A stretch of DNA of 34,355 bases from a virus, in UHGV virus genome UHGV-2160239; one strand, written 5' to 3'. The stretch's first letter is position 1. Every line of letters begins with the position of its first letter. A program made the translations under genes and the position numbers. This document shows positions 1-8,388 of this stretch, piece by piece. Under the pieces are notes generated by a model. The model had not been told where the DNA came from. It saw nothing but the letters and a program-made list of their open reading frames with translations, and did no database searches.

Positions 1-1023
1 TTATGTGGATGAAATGTGGATGCCTCCTTTTAACGGATTAAGTGAAATTGCATCCTGGAGGAAATCAGGAGCGAGGTGCGCATAGGTCATAGTTTGCTGG
101 ATCGTGGCGTGCCCCATAATTCGCTGGAGCGTAAGTATATTTCCTCCATTAATCATAAAGTGAGCAGCAAAGGTATGGCGTAGAACATGTACAGCCTGTC
201 CTTTTGGTAGGTCTGGTTTAACACTGCGAAGCACCTTGCGATATTCCTCATAATTGACGTCAAACAAAAGGCCGGATTTCTTTGTTTTGATCTCACTAAC
301 AACTTCATCAGAGACAGGAATAATTCGAACTTTTCCGTTTTTAGTTTTGTTAAACGTCACGCGATTATTGATGATATGTTCCGCGCGCAGATTTTTCGCT
401 TCTCCCCATCTCGCCCCAGTACTGAGACAAAGTAGCGTAATTCGCCGAGCATCACCGCTTACTGCATCCAGCAATTTGGCGATTTCTTCCGTAGTGAGGT
501 ACGTCATTTCGGGTGATTTTCGTTTCAAAGAGGGGAGGGCGCGGAGTGGATTTTCTCCGTGAAATTCTCCGGCATTTGCCAGGAGTGTAAACATTCCTCC
601 GAGATCCGACTCATCACGCCGAACAGTAGACTCTTTTACTCCCAAGGATAAACGGGAGCTTCGATAAGCTGCCATGAAACGAGCATTAATCTGGCTAACC
701 CTTGGATCATTCATTTCTTTGATGATTTTTTTCAATCTGGTTAGAACGCCGTTAGCATATGGCTTATTGCGTCCACCCAATTCCCACCATAACGGAAGCA
801 GATCTGAGAGATGACGTTGCTCTGTTGGCTTTTCAAGCCATTCCTTATCGTGCATGTGGCTGAGAACATAGCGCTCAAAGGCCACTGCATCTGCCTTTTT
901 CTTAAAAATCCGCTGAATCCGACGTCCACTTCGGCCACGCGGTCTAACATCCACTTTATACCGTCCACCATCGAGTGCTTTAATTGCCATTGGCAAGCCC
1001 TCCGGTGAAACGAGGAAAGACAT
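1..1023 (-). CDS. int: Tyrosine recombinase / phage integrase (P2 Int-like)
   Basis: 340 aa ORF; C-terminal catalytic region with HVLRHTFA and TMTYAHL (R-H-R-Y tyrosine recombinase signature); position next to the C repressor as in P2. Stop codon is at window positions 1-3. Confidence 0.9.
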   Translation of the reverse strand: MSFLVSPEGLPMAIKALDGGRYKVDVRPRGRSGRRIQRIFKKKADAVAFERYVLSHMHDKEWLEKPTEQRHLSDLLPLWWELGGRNKPYANGVLTRLKKIIKEMNDPRVSQINARFMAAYRSSRLSLGVKESTVRRDESDLGGMFTLLANAGEFHGENPLRALPSLKRKSPEMTYLTTEEIAKLLDAVSGDARRITLLCLSTGARWGEAKNLRAEHIINNRVTFNKTKNGKVRIIPVSDEVVSEIKTKKSGLLFDVNYEEYRKVLRSVKPDLPKGQAVHVLRHTFAAHFMINGGNILTLQRIMGHATIQQTMTYAHLAPDFLQDAISLNPLKGGIHISST

Positions 1024-1056
1024 TTCCAGTTTGTAAAACGTAAGAATAATAAAGGG

Positions 1057-1386
1057 TTAACCAATTTTCCTTTCGGATGGGGGTAAATCCGTTGGCTCTT
1101 GCCCATAGTGTGCGAGAGCCGGAGCTATCTGCCCGGATTCAGGCGCAATTTTTCCAGTCATAAACCACAAGGCATATTTTTCGAACCGCGGGCAATTTAA
1201 GATTTTCATCATTACATCCCCTTTGGGTATGGATTCGCCAGTCTCATAACGCCATAGCGCGTTATGCGGAATACCTATTAACTCCGCAGCCTCATTGCGA
1301 CTTGTAATGCGCTCACTTTCACGCATTAGTTTTAGTTTTTCACCAATCTCCAAAATCATATTGCATTCTCCAAATATGTAGTGCAT
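1057..1386 (-). CDS. C: Immunity repressor, P2 C-like
   Basis: 109 aa ORF diverging from cox; C-terminal segment WFMTGKIAPESGQIAPALAHYGQ matches my recollection of the P2 C repressor family; N-terminal HTH-like region. Confidence 0.8.
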   Translation of the reverse strand: MHYIFGECNMILEIGEKLKLMRESERITSRNEAAELIGIPHNALWRYETGESIPKGDVMMKILNCPRFEKYALWFMTGKIAPESGQIAPALAHYGQEPTDLPPSERKIG

Positions 1387-1453
1387 TATGCAAACAATGA
1401 GTTGAACTATGGGGTAAATATCTCACCTATACCCCAAACAGGGAGATTATCAC
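1387..1453. promoter_or_regulatory. Divergent C / cox promoter-operator region (putative)
   Basis: 67 bp between divergent repressor and cox starts; inverted repeat TGGGGTA (1410-1416) / TACCCCA (1430-1436) and direct CTATGGGG/CTATACCCC-like half sites. Inferred from position and symmetry only. Confidence 0.35.
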
Positions 1454-1780
1454 ATGAATGAAGAACTATTGAGGGCATTGTTTAAGATCCCAGACCCCAT
1501 CACCGTCGATGAATTTGCTCGCCGCACGGGCAAGACCGAATCAGCCGTAAGAAAGTTGGTGGAACGTCGACTTATCCCTCTGGCCACTGAGCGTGAAGTT
1601 TTAGGCGAGGAAGGAAGTTCACGCCGCCTTCTCATCCTATGGAACGAGTGGCTCGAAATGGTCTATGACGCAACGAAACAGCTTCCTCCTGAGCGTAAAG
1701 ATTGGCGCAACCACTGGCTTAATAAAGCCAAGAAGCTGGCGGAAGATTTGGGATTAGGCTTCCTTAATTTTGCTGCATGA
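1454..1780 (+). CDS. cox: Cox-like excisionase / early transcriptional regulator
   Basis: 108 aa first gene of the rightward early operon; GGGAG RBS 10 nt upstream; pattern EFARRTGKTESAVRKLVERRLIP resembles the Cox winged-helix family. Confidence 0.65.
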   Translation: MNEELLRALFKIPDPITVDEFARRTGKTESAVRKLVERRLIPLATEREVLGEEGSSRRLLILWNEWLEMVYDATKQLPPERKDWRNHWLNKAKKLAEDLGLGFLNFAA

Positions 1781-1798
1781 GATGCAGGGAGTTTTGAT

Positions 1799-2140
1799 AT
1801 GAAACAGCAACGTAATTCACGCTTTCGTAATGGTGCTGAACGCCACGCTAACCGTTTCGCTACCAGTGCATCACGCAGCAACATCCGCTACAGCCTGAGT
1901 GATACACACGCAACGCCGGATGGCTACCCAGTAAAACAAATCGGCGAGCATGCCTGGCTGATTGAGAAAGCTGGAATCGTGGTCCACAAATGCCCACGCA
2001 ATCCGTTTACCGGAAACCGCATTTTTGCACTAAGCAGCGGCGACAATCAGTTCGGGCAGGATTTCACATTATACGAAGCATTACGCACGGTTGATCGTCT
2101 GCTTCGTGGGCAAAGTTTTATTAAACAGACTGATTTATAA
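1799..2140 (+). CDS. Hypothetical early protein
   Basis: 113 aa ORF with GGGAG RBS; co-directional with the early operon; no recognisable motif. Confidence 0.5.
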   Translation: MKQQRNSRFRNGAERHANRFATSASRSNIRYSLSDTHATPDGYPVKQIGEHAWLIEKAGIVVHKCPRNPFTGNRIFALSSGDNQFGQDFTLYEALRTVDRLLRGQSFIKQTDL

Positions 2141-2150
2141 CAGGTGCGTT

Positions 2151-2429
2151 ATGACCAAAGAGCATGCACAAGGTGTATTTATCCGTTTTATTGATTTTCG
2201 CGGTGAGTTGTTGTTACGCGCATCAGCTATTGATGCTGTAGTCCCGGCAGAAAAAGACGTGGCCACTTACCTTTATCTGAACGGCACGCGATTGTTTGTG
2301 GAGCTTCCGTACCACACCGTACGCGAAATCATTAGCGAAGCTGAAAAGGCACGCCAGGTTAATGGCGATGAACCCTATATCGAAATTATTTGCATGGATT
2401 CAGAAGCTGAAATACAGAAAGCAGATTAA
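2151..2429 (+). CDS. Hypothetical early protein
   Basis: 92 aa ORF (internal ATG of track ORF 2091..2429), tightly packed in the early operon. Confidence 0.45.
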   Translation: MTKEHAQGVFIRFIDFRGELLLRASAIDAVVPAEKDVATYLYLNGTRLFVELPYHTVREIISEAEKARQVNGDEPYIEIICMDSEAEIQKAD

Positions 2430-2440
2430 AGGGCGTTGTG

Positions 2441-2683
2441 ATGGGCAAAGAATATAAAACTCTCATTAACAAAGCACTTGAGCGTTTTTATTTTCGCTTA
2501 AGTGCATCAGGCGCTCATGCTGAACGTGCGGCCCGTGACTCATTGACCAGAGCAATCCGAAGTCTGTATGACGTGGCTTTTTACGCTGATGATCTGGATG
2601 CACTTAACGAACTTTCCGAGCTGATCTGTGCCGCAGAATGCGGGGAACACATTGAACCGTATAAGCTGGGGAATATCGCATGA
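2441..2683 (+). CDS. Hypothetical early protein
   Basis: 80 aa ORF starting at ATG 2441 (GTG 2438 also possible); stop overlaps the start of the next small ORF. Confidence 0.45.
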   Translation: MGKEYKTLINKALERFYFRLSASGAHAERAARDSLTRAIRSLYDVAFYADDLDALNELSELICAAECGEHIEPYKLGNIA

Positions 2684-2793
2684 GTATATTTATCTCATGG
2701 CTTGTTCTGATTATTTCGGTGGCCTGTGCCATTGGAATTATGCGAATTATTCATTCAGTGAAAAAGATCGAGCGTTTTTTCTCTGATGAATAA
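2680..2793 (+). CDS. Small hydrophobic single-pass membrane peptide (37 aa)
   Basis: ATGA start/stop overlap with the upstream gene; translation MSIFISWLVLIISVACAIGIMRIIHSVKKIERFFSDE is one TM helix plus a charged tail; below the ORF-track length cutoff. Confidence 0.35.
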   Translation: MSIFISWLVLIISVACAIGIMRIIHSVKKIERFFSDE

Positions 2794-2885
2794 CGATACA
2801 AATAAAACATCAAATTAAATAAGAAAACGTGAAAACCATCCGTATTAACGGAGGTATTCGCACACGTAAATAACGGAGATATAAA

Positions 2886-3302
2886 ATGAACGCAAAAGAA
2901 AAAAATATTATCAATACATTAAAAATAGTGTCAGCAGAGCAAGACAAGCTGTCCAGGGCAGCCCAGAAAGATAATCAACATATGGTAGCGCTTTACGCAC
3001 TGACCATCGCAATAGCCACCTCTGAAGCAGCCAAAGTTATTGAGGAACAGAGCAAAGAAATCGACACTCTTAAAACACCGTCAACAGTTGCAACCATGAA
3101 TCCGTCCAGCATTGGACGCTGCATTTATATTCTTGGTTCAGCAATGATGCTGCAATACACCATTATTGCCGAACTGCACGGCAAATACCTGATAACGCCT
3201 TACCACACAAAAGAGTCAGAGCTTCTGACAAATCTCCGCCTGATAGAACGCTCTCAAGCTGTATTCATTGATGACGCGCAACGTGCCGTATTTAACGCAT
3301 AG
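2886..3302 (+). CDS. Hypothetical protein in AT-rich insert
   Basis: 138 aa ORF; GGAG RBS; local base composition visibly more AT-rich than flanking phage genes. Confidence 0.5.
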   Translation: MNAKEKNIINTLKIVSAEQDKLSRAAQKDNQHMVALYALTIAIATSEAAKVIEEQSKEIDTLKTPSTVATMNPSSIGRCIYILGSAMMLQYTIIAELHGKYLITPYHTKESELLTNLRLIERSQAVFIDDAQRAVFNA

Positions 3303-3330
3303 GGTTATTGGACAAAAAAAAGGGGGGGCA

Positions 3331-3534
3331 ATGGCAATTAAGCATTTTCCCGTCGTTCGCTTTACCTCCAGAGGGCGCGAATACGAGGTCGACGAACGCC
3401 TGATTACCACTATCGACAAACATCGTTCGGAAAAGGATGCACACCACATCTACCTCACTGACGGCACTTATTTCTGCGCCACTAATGTGGCGCGGGTAAA
3501 CCTTATCCGACAGGTACAGGAGCAGCGTAAATGA
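3331..3534 (+). CDS. Hypothetical small protein, first gene of coupled four-gene operon
   Basis: 67 aa from ATG 3331, preceded by an A8 G7 homopolymer that serves as the RBS; stop overlaps the next start (ATGA). Confidence 0.45.
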   Translation: MAIKHFPVVRFTSRGREYEVDERLITTIDKHRSEKDAHHIYLTDGTYFCATNVARVNLIRQVQEQRK

Positions 3535-3749
3535 ACAGAAGGCGAATCACACGCAGGCATCGCCGCACACACATGAATTCCTTACCGACGCTGAAAGAAC
3601 TCATTCAACACGAGATCGCTGATTTCTGCGCAACGCTGGGGTCGCCTGGCGAACCGGAAACACCAGAAGCGATGCAGCGCGAACTCATGATGCGCATCGA
3701 TAACGTTTTTGACTTTTTCCTGAATAACAAAAGAGAGCAATCAACATGA
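3531..3749 (+). CDS. Hypothetical small Arg-rich protein
   Basis: 72 aa; ATGA overlaps on both sides; alternative in-frame start at 3573. Confidence 0.45.
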   Translation: MNRRRITRRHRRTHMNSLPTLKELIQHEIADFCATLGSPGEPETPEAMQRELMMRIDNVFDFFLNNKREQST

Positions 3750-3949
3750 ACAAAAAGACCTGGTTTCGCGCATACATGTGGGCGCTGGTATGCGTCCTCG
3801 TCTCTCTCATTCTGTATGCAGGACTACTCCCCCGAATGATTTCATCAGACAGCTCCTTCCTGGTATTGCTGGGCATTTTCATTGCCATGCTGTACCCGGC
3901 AGGCGTTGTTCGCCTTTTCAGTAAGTACATCAAGGAAATCAAACAATGA
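3746..3949 (+). CDS. Small two-helix membrane protein (possible NfeD/YqiJ-like partner of the SPFH protein)
   Basis: 67 aa with two hydrophobic stretches (WALVCVLVSLILYAGLL and FLVLLGIFIAMLYPAGVV); ATGA overlap with the downstream SPFH gene. Confidence 0.55.
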   Translation: MNKKTWFRAYMWALVCVLVSLILYAGLLPRMISSDSSFLVLLGIFIAMLYPAGVVRLFSKYIKEIKQ

Positions 3950-4776
3950 AGAAACTCAAACTCTTTCAGATTATCCCGCTTTTTGCGGCCATCCTGTTGG
4001 TTGGTTGCGATCGCGTTGAGCCAGGTAATGTGGGCATCAAAGTCAACAAGCTGGGCGACGACAAAGGCGTCGGCGAAGTGGTTGGCGTTGGCCGCTACTG
4101 GACTGGCTGGAATACCGAGGTTTACATCTTCCCGACCTTCAAACAAATGAAGACCTACGATGAGCCGTTCAGTTTCCAGATGAGCGATGGCACAACCATC
4201 GGCTATCACATCGGCGTGGCCTACAAGGTTGATCCATCCAAAGTGACCACAGTGTTTCAGACCTACCGCAAAGGCGTGGATGACATTACCGACACTGACC
4301 TGCGCCAGAAGATCGCCGATGCACTCAACCGACTGGCCAGCAAAATGACCACCGATAAGTTTATCGACGGTGGCAAGTCTGAACTGCTGGATTCAGCACT
4401 TAAAGACATTCAGGCAGAAATGACACCTATCGGCATTCAGGTAATGAGCCTCTCTTATGTCGGTAAACCGGAATACCCACCAACCGTTATCGACAGCATT
4501 AATGCCAAAGTCACGGCAAACCAGAAAACTCTGCAACGCGAACAGGAAGTCAAGCAGCGCGAAGCAGAAGCCAACATGCTACGCGCAGAAGCAGCCGGAC
4601 AGGCTGATGCCATTCGCACAAAAGCCCAGGCTGAAGCCGACGCCATTCGTTTGCGCGGTGAAGCTCTGCGCCAGAACCCCGGCGTTATGGAGCTGGAAGC
4701 TATCAACAAATGGAACGGCACGCTGCCGCAATACATGACCAGTAATACCGCTGTTCCGTTTGTTCCGGTGAAGTAA
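3946..4776 (+). CDS. SPFH / band-7 (stomatin-prohibitin-flotillin-like) lipoprotein
   Basis: 276 aa; signal peptide with lipobox LLVGC; central SPFH-like region followed by an Ala/Glu/Arg-rich coiled coil (QREQEVKQREAEANMLRAEAAGQADAIRTKAQAEADAIRLRGEALRQ) typical of band-7 proteins. Confidence 0.8.
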   Translation: MKKLKLFQIIPLFAAILLVGCDRVEPGNVGIKVNKLGDDKGVGEVVGVGRYWTGWNTEVYIFPTFKQMKTYDEPFSFQMSDGTTIGYHIGVAYKVDPSKVTTVFQTYRKGVDDITDTDLRQKIADALNRLASKMTTDKFIDGGKSELLDSALKDIQAEMTPIGIQVMSLSYVGKPEYPPTVIDSINAKVTANQKTLQREQEVKQREAEANMLRAEAAGQADAIRTKAQAEADAIRLRGEALRQNPGVMELEAINKWNGTLPQYMTSNTAVPFVPVK

Positions 4777-4782
4777 TTAAAC

Positions 4783-4807
4783 CCGGCCAGTGGAAACCGC
4801 TGGCCGG
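4783..4807 (+). terminator. Stem-loop downstream of the SPFH gene (possible terminator)
   Basis: CCGGCCAG ... CTGGCCGG inverted repeat right after the stop codon; T-run is displaced about 14 nt, so termination efficiency is uncertain. Confidence 0.35.
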
Positions 4808-5143
4808 AGCAGCATCAGGATTTTTTAGTATGCCGTTCTCACAAAAAAACCGCTTGCCATGCCGCAATCAGTCAGGTTACATTTCCGCTGCACCTCATAA
4901 AACGGGTGCCGGGTTTCGCAGCCTGCTGACTAGCAAAGCGCACAACCGCGCCAGCGGTTTTTTTGTGCGTACTGTATTGCCACGTCTTTTTCGCACACGA
5001 ATTATGGCGGGGCGTACGGGGCCGACTTCGGTCGGGCCGGGTTCTTTGCTAGCCGGTACTGCGAACCTCGTACGTCTCGCCACCCACAGTTTCGCAGCTC
5101 TGGATGGTGAGTTTTCAAAACTTACTAGCAAAGAGGCCACACC

Positions 5144-5374
5144 ATGGCAAACCGCAAACAGCACCGCGCTATCGCGGAGCGTCGTCACATCCAGACTGAA
5201 ATCAACCGCAGACTTTCCCGCGCATCACGCGTCGCGCAAATCATGCACATCAATATGCTGCATGAGCGCAGCCACGCACTATCAAACATTTATTCCGCCT
5301 CTGTTTTCAGCTATCTGGCGGATGATCTGCGCGAGCTTCAGCAGCTCATCCAGCAGCAAAACCAACTCCATTAA
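5144..5374 (+). CDS. Hypothetical small protein upstream of A
   Basis: 76 aa; AGAGG RBS; basic, helical-looking sequence, possibly a regulator. Confidence 0.5.
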   Translation: MANRKQHRAIAERRHIQTEINRRLSRASRVAQIMHINMLHERSHALSNIYSASVFSYLADDLRELQQLIQQQNQLH

Positions 5375-5446
5375 TTCCTGTTCCGGGCCTTTCCTGCACC
5401 TTGCGGCGGGAGGCCTTCGCACATCTGTACTTTGACGGAGTTTGTG

Positions 5447-7753
5447 ATGAGTACCTCTCACTCATACCCGTGGAACGCGCCGGACTGGGACGTGGCAACA
5501 GCAAACGGCATCACGCCCGACGCTGCCGTCTCTGCCGTGCATGAAACCACCGAAACCACAAGCAACACAGCATTCGCCTACCTGACACCGGACGGCGAAC
5601 GCCGCGTGCTGGATATGAGCGACCTCCGCGCAGTCTGCCGCGAGTATCAGAAGGGGCTTCTGGAGCGCGAACGACAGGAAATCATCCGCCGCCGGAAACA
5701 TGAGGAGTGGCTGCGTCGCCGTCTGGCCACGCTGCCTTCATTCATCCGCACCACCTTCTCCAGAAAACTGGAAAAGATGGACAGAGAAACGCCGGAACGC
5801 GCTTACCACTGGCTTTGCGGAACGTTCGAGAAGCACGTTCTGCGCCGCGTGGATGTGGTAAATGAACAGTACGAACCGCAGACACCGTGGCCCGACATGC
5901 TGCTCCCTTTGCGCGACGCGTTTCACCGCCTGCCGTGGGCGGACAGGAAGAAAATGCGCCACCTCGCCTGGTTGCTGGCCTCCGTCATGACATCGGAATT
6001 CACACGCCGGTTTGATGACCAGTACGCGCTCACGGGCGATCTGGAATCATCCGTGGTGGACGCATACGGCTATATTGCAAGCCGCGCGACTTTTCTGAAC
6101 ATCTTCATCCCCGGTTGGCGGCATTATCAGGGTGAAAGTCTGACACCGGATGATGCACTCCGCTGTGTTTCCCGCCTCCAGTCGCAGAAGTGGTGGCTGG
6201 GAAAAATCCGGCGAATCCACGAATGCTGGCGCGAACATCTGTTGATTGCCACGGGGCACGTGAGCAAATACGCAGGCGCAAAATGCTCTGACGAGTGTCT
6301 CGCATCGTGGCGTGCGCAACGCAAGGCAAACCTTGAATGGATGTCGGCAATGGACCTGGAAAACGAGGATACGGGCGAGCGTATGCCGCTGCTCGACAAG
6401 GTGCTGGGCAGCGTTGCTAACCCGAAAATAGCCCGTCATGAACTCACCGTTCGTGCGGCTGGCTTTCAGGCGACCGCTGACGAGATGGGTTACGTCGCCA
6501 TGTTTTACACACTGACCGCCCCTTCCTCGTATCACTCAATGCGCGTCAAAGACGGAAAACGGAACGACAAATACAACGGGGCCAGTCCGCGTGCCACGCA
6601 GAAATATCTCTGTAAGGTCTGGAGCCGCGTTCGCGCCGCGTGGCGGCGTAAAGGCATCCGCACCTTTGGCATTCGCACCGCTGAGCCTCACCACGACGGA
6701 ACGCCGCACTGGCATCTCGTTCTCTGGTTCCACCCGGACGACACCGAAGAGGCCACACGCATATTCCGGGAGTATGCGCTGGCGGAAGACGGTGGTGAGT
6801 CGGGTGCTGACAAGTACCGCTTTGAAGCGGTCGAAGAGGACAAAACGCGCGGCCGCGCAATTGGCTACATCGTCAAATACATCTCCAAAAACATCGATGG
6901 CTACGGGCTGGATGGCGAAGCCGACCGCGAAACAGGAAAATCCCTGAAAGACGAAGCGCGACGCGTCAGGGCATGGGCTTCGCGCTGGCGTATTCGTCAG
7001 TTCCAGCAGATTGGGGGCGCACCTGTTTCGGTCTGGCGTGAACTGCGCCGACTGGGGGGGTGTGAACTGGTACTGCATCCACAGATTGAAGGCATTCGCG
7101 CCGCAGCAGATGAGGGGGACTGGCAGGCGTACACCATGCTTCAGGGTGGGCCTTTTGTGGAGCGTTGCGAACTGGTGGTTCGTCTCGCCTATGACAGACA
7201 GGAGGATGCCAACGCCTACGGCGACACAGTTTGCAAAATTGCAGGAGTCCGCGACATGACAATGCCGCCGGAAGACATGATTTTCACTCGCCTTAACACT
7301 TACAAAATTGTGCCAAAAGTCAGCAAAAACAATGACAAAGAACAAACAGAAGGCCGCGACGCGGCCCCTTGGAGTTCTGTCAATAACTGTACGCACAGAC
7401 GAAGCAGTGGTGAGCATGAAGGCGAGCATTCCGACAAAACACCACCGGAATCACCGCCGGAAACGGTGAAAAAAGCGCCGGAATCACCATCACAGACAGA
7501 AGAAGATAGCGCCAGTCTTAACCAAATCATCGGGCCGCTGGAGCGACTCGGCTTTACCGTGTCCCGCCACCTCGCAAAATCCGTTCTTGCGGGTGGCGTA
7601 GTGCGCTCAACCGACGGTGTTGTCGCCCGCTGGGACACATCATGTAACAGACTGGTGGTCACGCGCGCGAACGCGTCGCCGTCGCTGGTTGTTTCGAAGG
7701 TTTCCGAATACACCAGACGACTGAAATGGGCGCTGGCACGGAGGTCGCTGTGA
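5447..7753 (+). CDS. A: Replication initiation endonuclease (P2 gpA-like, HUH rolling-circle)
   Basis: About 768 aa from ATG 5447 (GGAG 6 nt upstream); HUH-type metal motif in TPHWHLVLWF and catalytic tyrosine motif GYIVKYISKNIDGY; size and position match P2 gene A. Confidence 0.9.
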   Translation: MSTSHSYPWNAPDWDVATANGITPDAAVSAVHETTETTSNTAFAYLTPDGERRVLDMSDLRAVCREYQKGLLERERQEIIRRRKHEEWLRRRLATLPSFIRTTFSRKLEKMDRETPERAYHWLCGTFEKHVLRRVDVVNEQYEPQTPWPDMLLPLRDAFHRLPWADRKKMRHLAWLLASVMTSEFTRRFDDQYALTGDLESSVVDAYGYIASRATFLNIFIPGWRHYQGESLTPDDALRCVSRLQSQKWWLGKIRRIHECWREHLLIATGHVSKYAGAKCSDECLASWRAQRKANLEWMSAMDLENEDTGERMPLLDKVLGSVANPKIARHELTVRAAGFQATADEMGYVAMFYTLTAPSSYHSMRVKDGKRNDKYNGASPRATQKYLCKVWSRVRAAWRRKGIRTFGIRTAEPHHDGTPHWHLVLWFHPDDTEEATRIFREYALAEDGGESGADKYRFEAVEEDKTRGRAIGYIVKYISKNIDGYGLDGEADRETGKSLKDEARRVRAWASRWRIRQFQQIGGAPVSVWRELRRLGGCELVLHPQIEGIRAAADEGDWQAYTMLQGGPFVERCELVVRLAYDRQEDANAYGDTVCKIAGVRDMTMPPEDMIFTRLNTYKIVPKVSKNNDKEQTEGRDAAPWSSVNNCTHRRSSGEHEGEHSDKTPPESPPETVKKAPESPSQTEEDSASLNQIIGPLERLGFTVSRHLAKSVLAGGVVRSTDGVVARWDTSCNRLVVTRANASPSLVVSKVSEYTRRLKWALARRSL

Positions 7754-8205
7754 GTACCAGCGCCACGCCGTCGTTTTTGCTCTCGCTCGACAATCCCGAC
7801 TGTTGCCGGGTTTTCGGGGGCGCTGTCACGCAACTGGAGCTTACGGGCTGCCGCCGCGCACCTGAGGTCGGCGACATTATCAAAGTCGAGTGGCTTTTTC
7901 TGGGGACTGTCGCGCAGTCGTTTCTGGTTGAGGTTGCCGGGGTTGAGCTCGTTTCCCCCGCCGTTCGCGGCGCTTATGTGGTGGTTCTTCGCTGGCCTGA
8001 ATCCAGTCACGACGGGGTACCCGCCCGTCCGCAGCTTGCTACCCCGCCCGCGCCCCCGCAATTACCCGCCAGCGCAAGTGCTGTCATTGATTGCTACAGA
8101 CAGGAATTGCAGGAAAAGAAGGCGGTGAAATTCCGCAGCAGCATCGCTGCCGCATGGCGAAAGGCCGAACTACTGCAACGAACGCATCAGACAGCTGGCA
8201 GTTGA
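7750..8205 (+). CDS. Hypothetical Pro-rich protein downstream of A
   Basis: Open frame in GC-rich DNA starting at GTG 7750 overlapping the A stop; long ORFs arise by chance in DNA this GC-rich. Confidence 0.3.
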   Translation: MSTSATPSFLLSLDNPDCCRVFGGAVTQLELTGCRRAPEVGDIIKVEWLFLGTVAQSFLVEVAGVELVSPAVRGAYVVVLRWPESSHDGVPARPQLATPPAPPQLPASASAVIDCYRQELQEKKAVKFRSSIAAAWRKAELLQRTHQTAGS

Positions 8206-8261
8206 GGGGGCAACGAATGAAAAGAATTAACGCCAACACGAAGGCGAAAAAACAGACAGAA

Positions 8262-8354
8262 ACGGGATTCACAAATCCCGTAAATGAGCAAAAAACGCGC
8301 CGCGATATATGAAGCGCGCATAAAACAGGCAAAAACGGGATTTCAGAATCCCGT
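8262..8354. promoter_or_regulatory. parC-like centromere / promoter with paired palindromic repeats
   Basis: Two near-identical 20-bp palindromes, ACGGGATTCACAAATCCCGT (8262-8281) and ACGGGATTTCAGAATCCCGT (8335-8354), each ACGGGATT/AATCCCGT around a 4-bp core, directly upstream of parM. Confidence 0.5.
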
Positions 8355-8388
8355 AAACGATTAATTAATCAACATAAGGAAAAACGAC

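Noticed and set aside
4830-5435. 201-aa plus-strand ORF spanning the noncoding region upstream of A
   Set aside because: No RBS, runs through several strong hairpins and overlaps the better-supported 76-aa gene in another frame; translation is low-complexity (Ser/Arg/Ala-rich).
6536-7429. 297-aa minus-strand ORF inside A
   Set aside because: Entirely embedded antisense in the conserved replication gene; typical high-GC artefact.
7300-8061. 253-aa minus-strand ORF overlapping the 3-prime end of A
   Set aside because: Antisense to a well-supported gene in very GC-rich DNA where long spurious frames are expected; no RBS context and implausible, Arg/Gly-rich composition.
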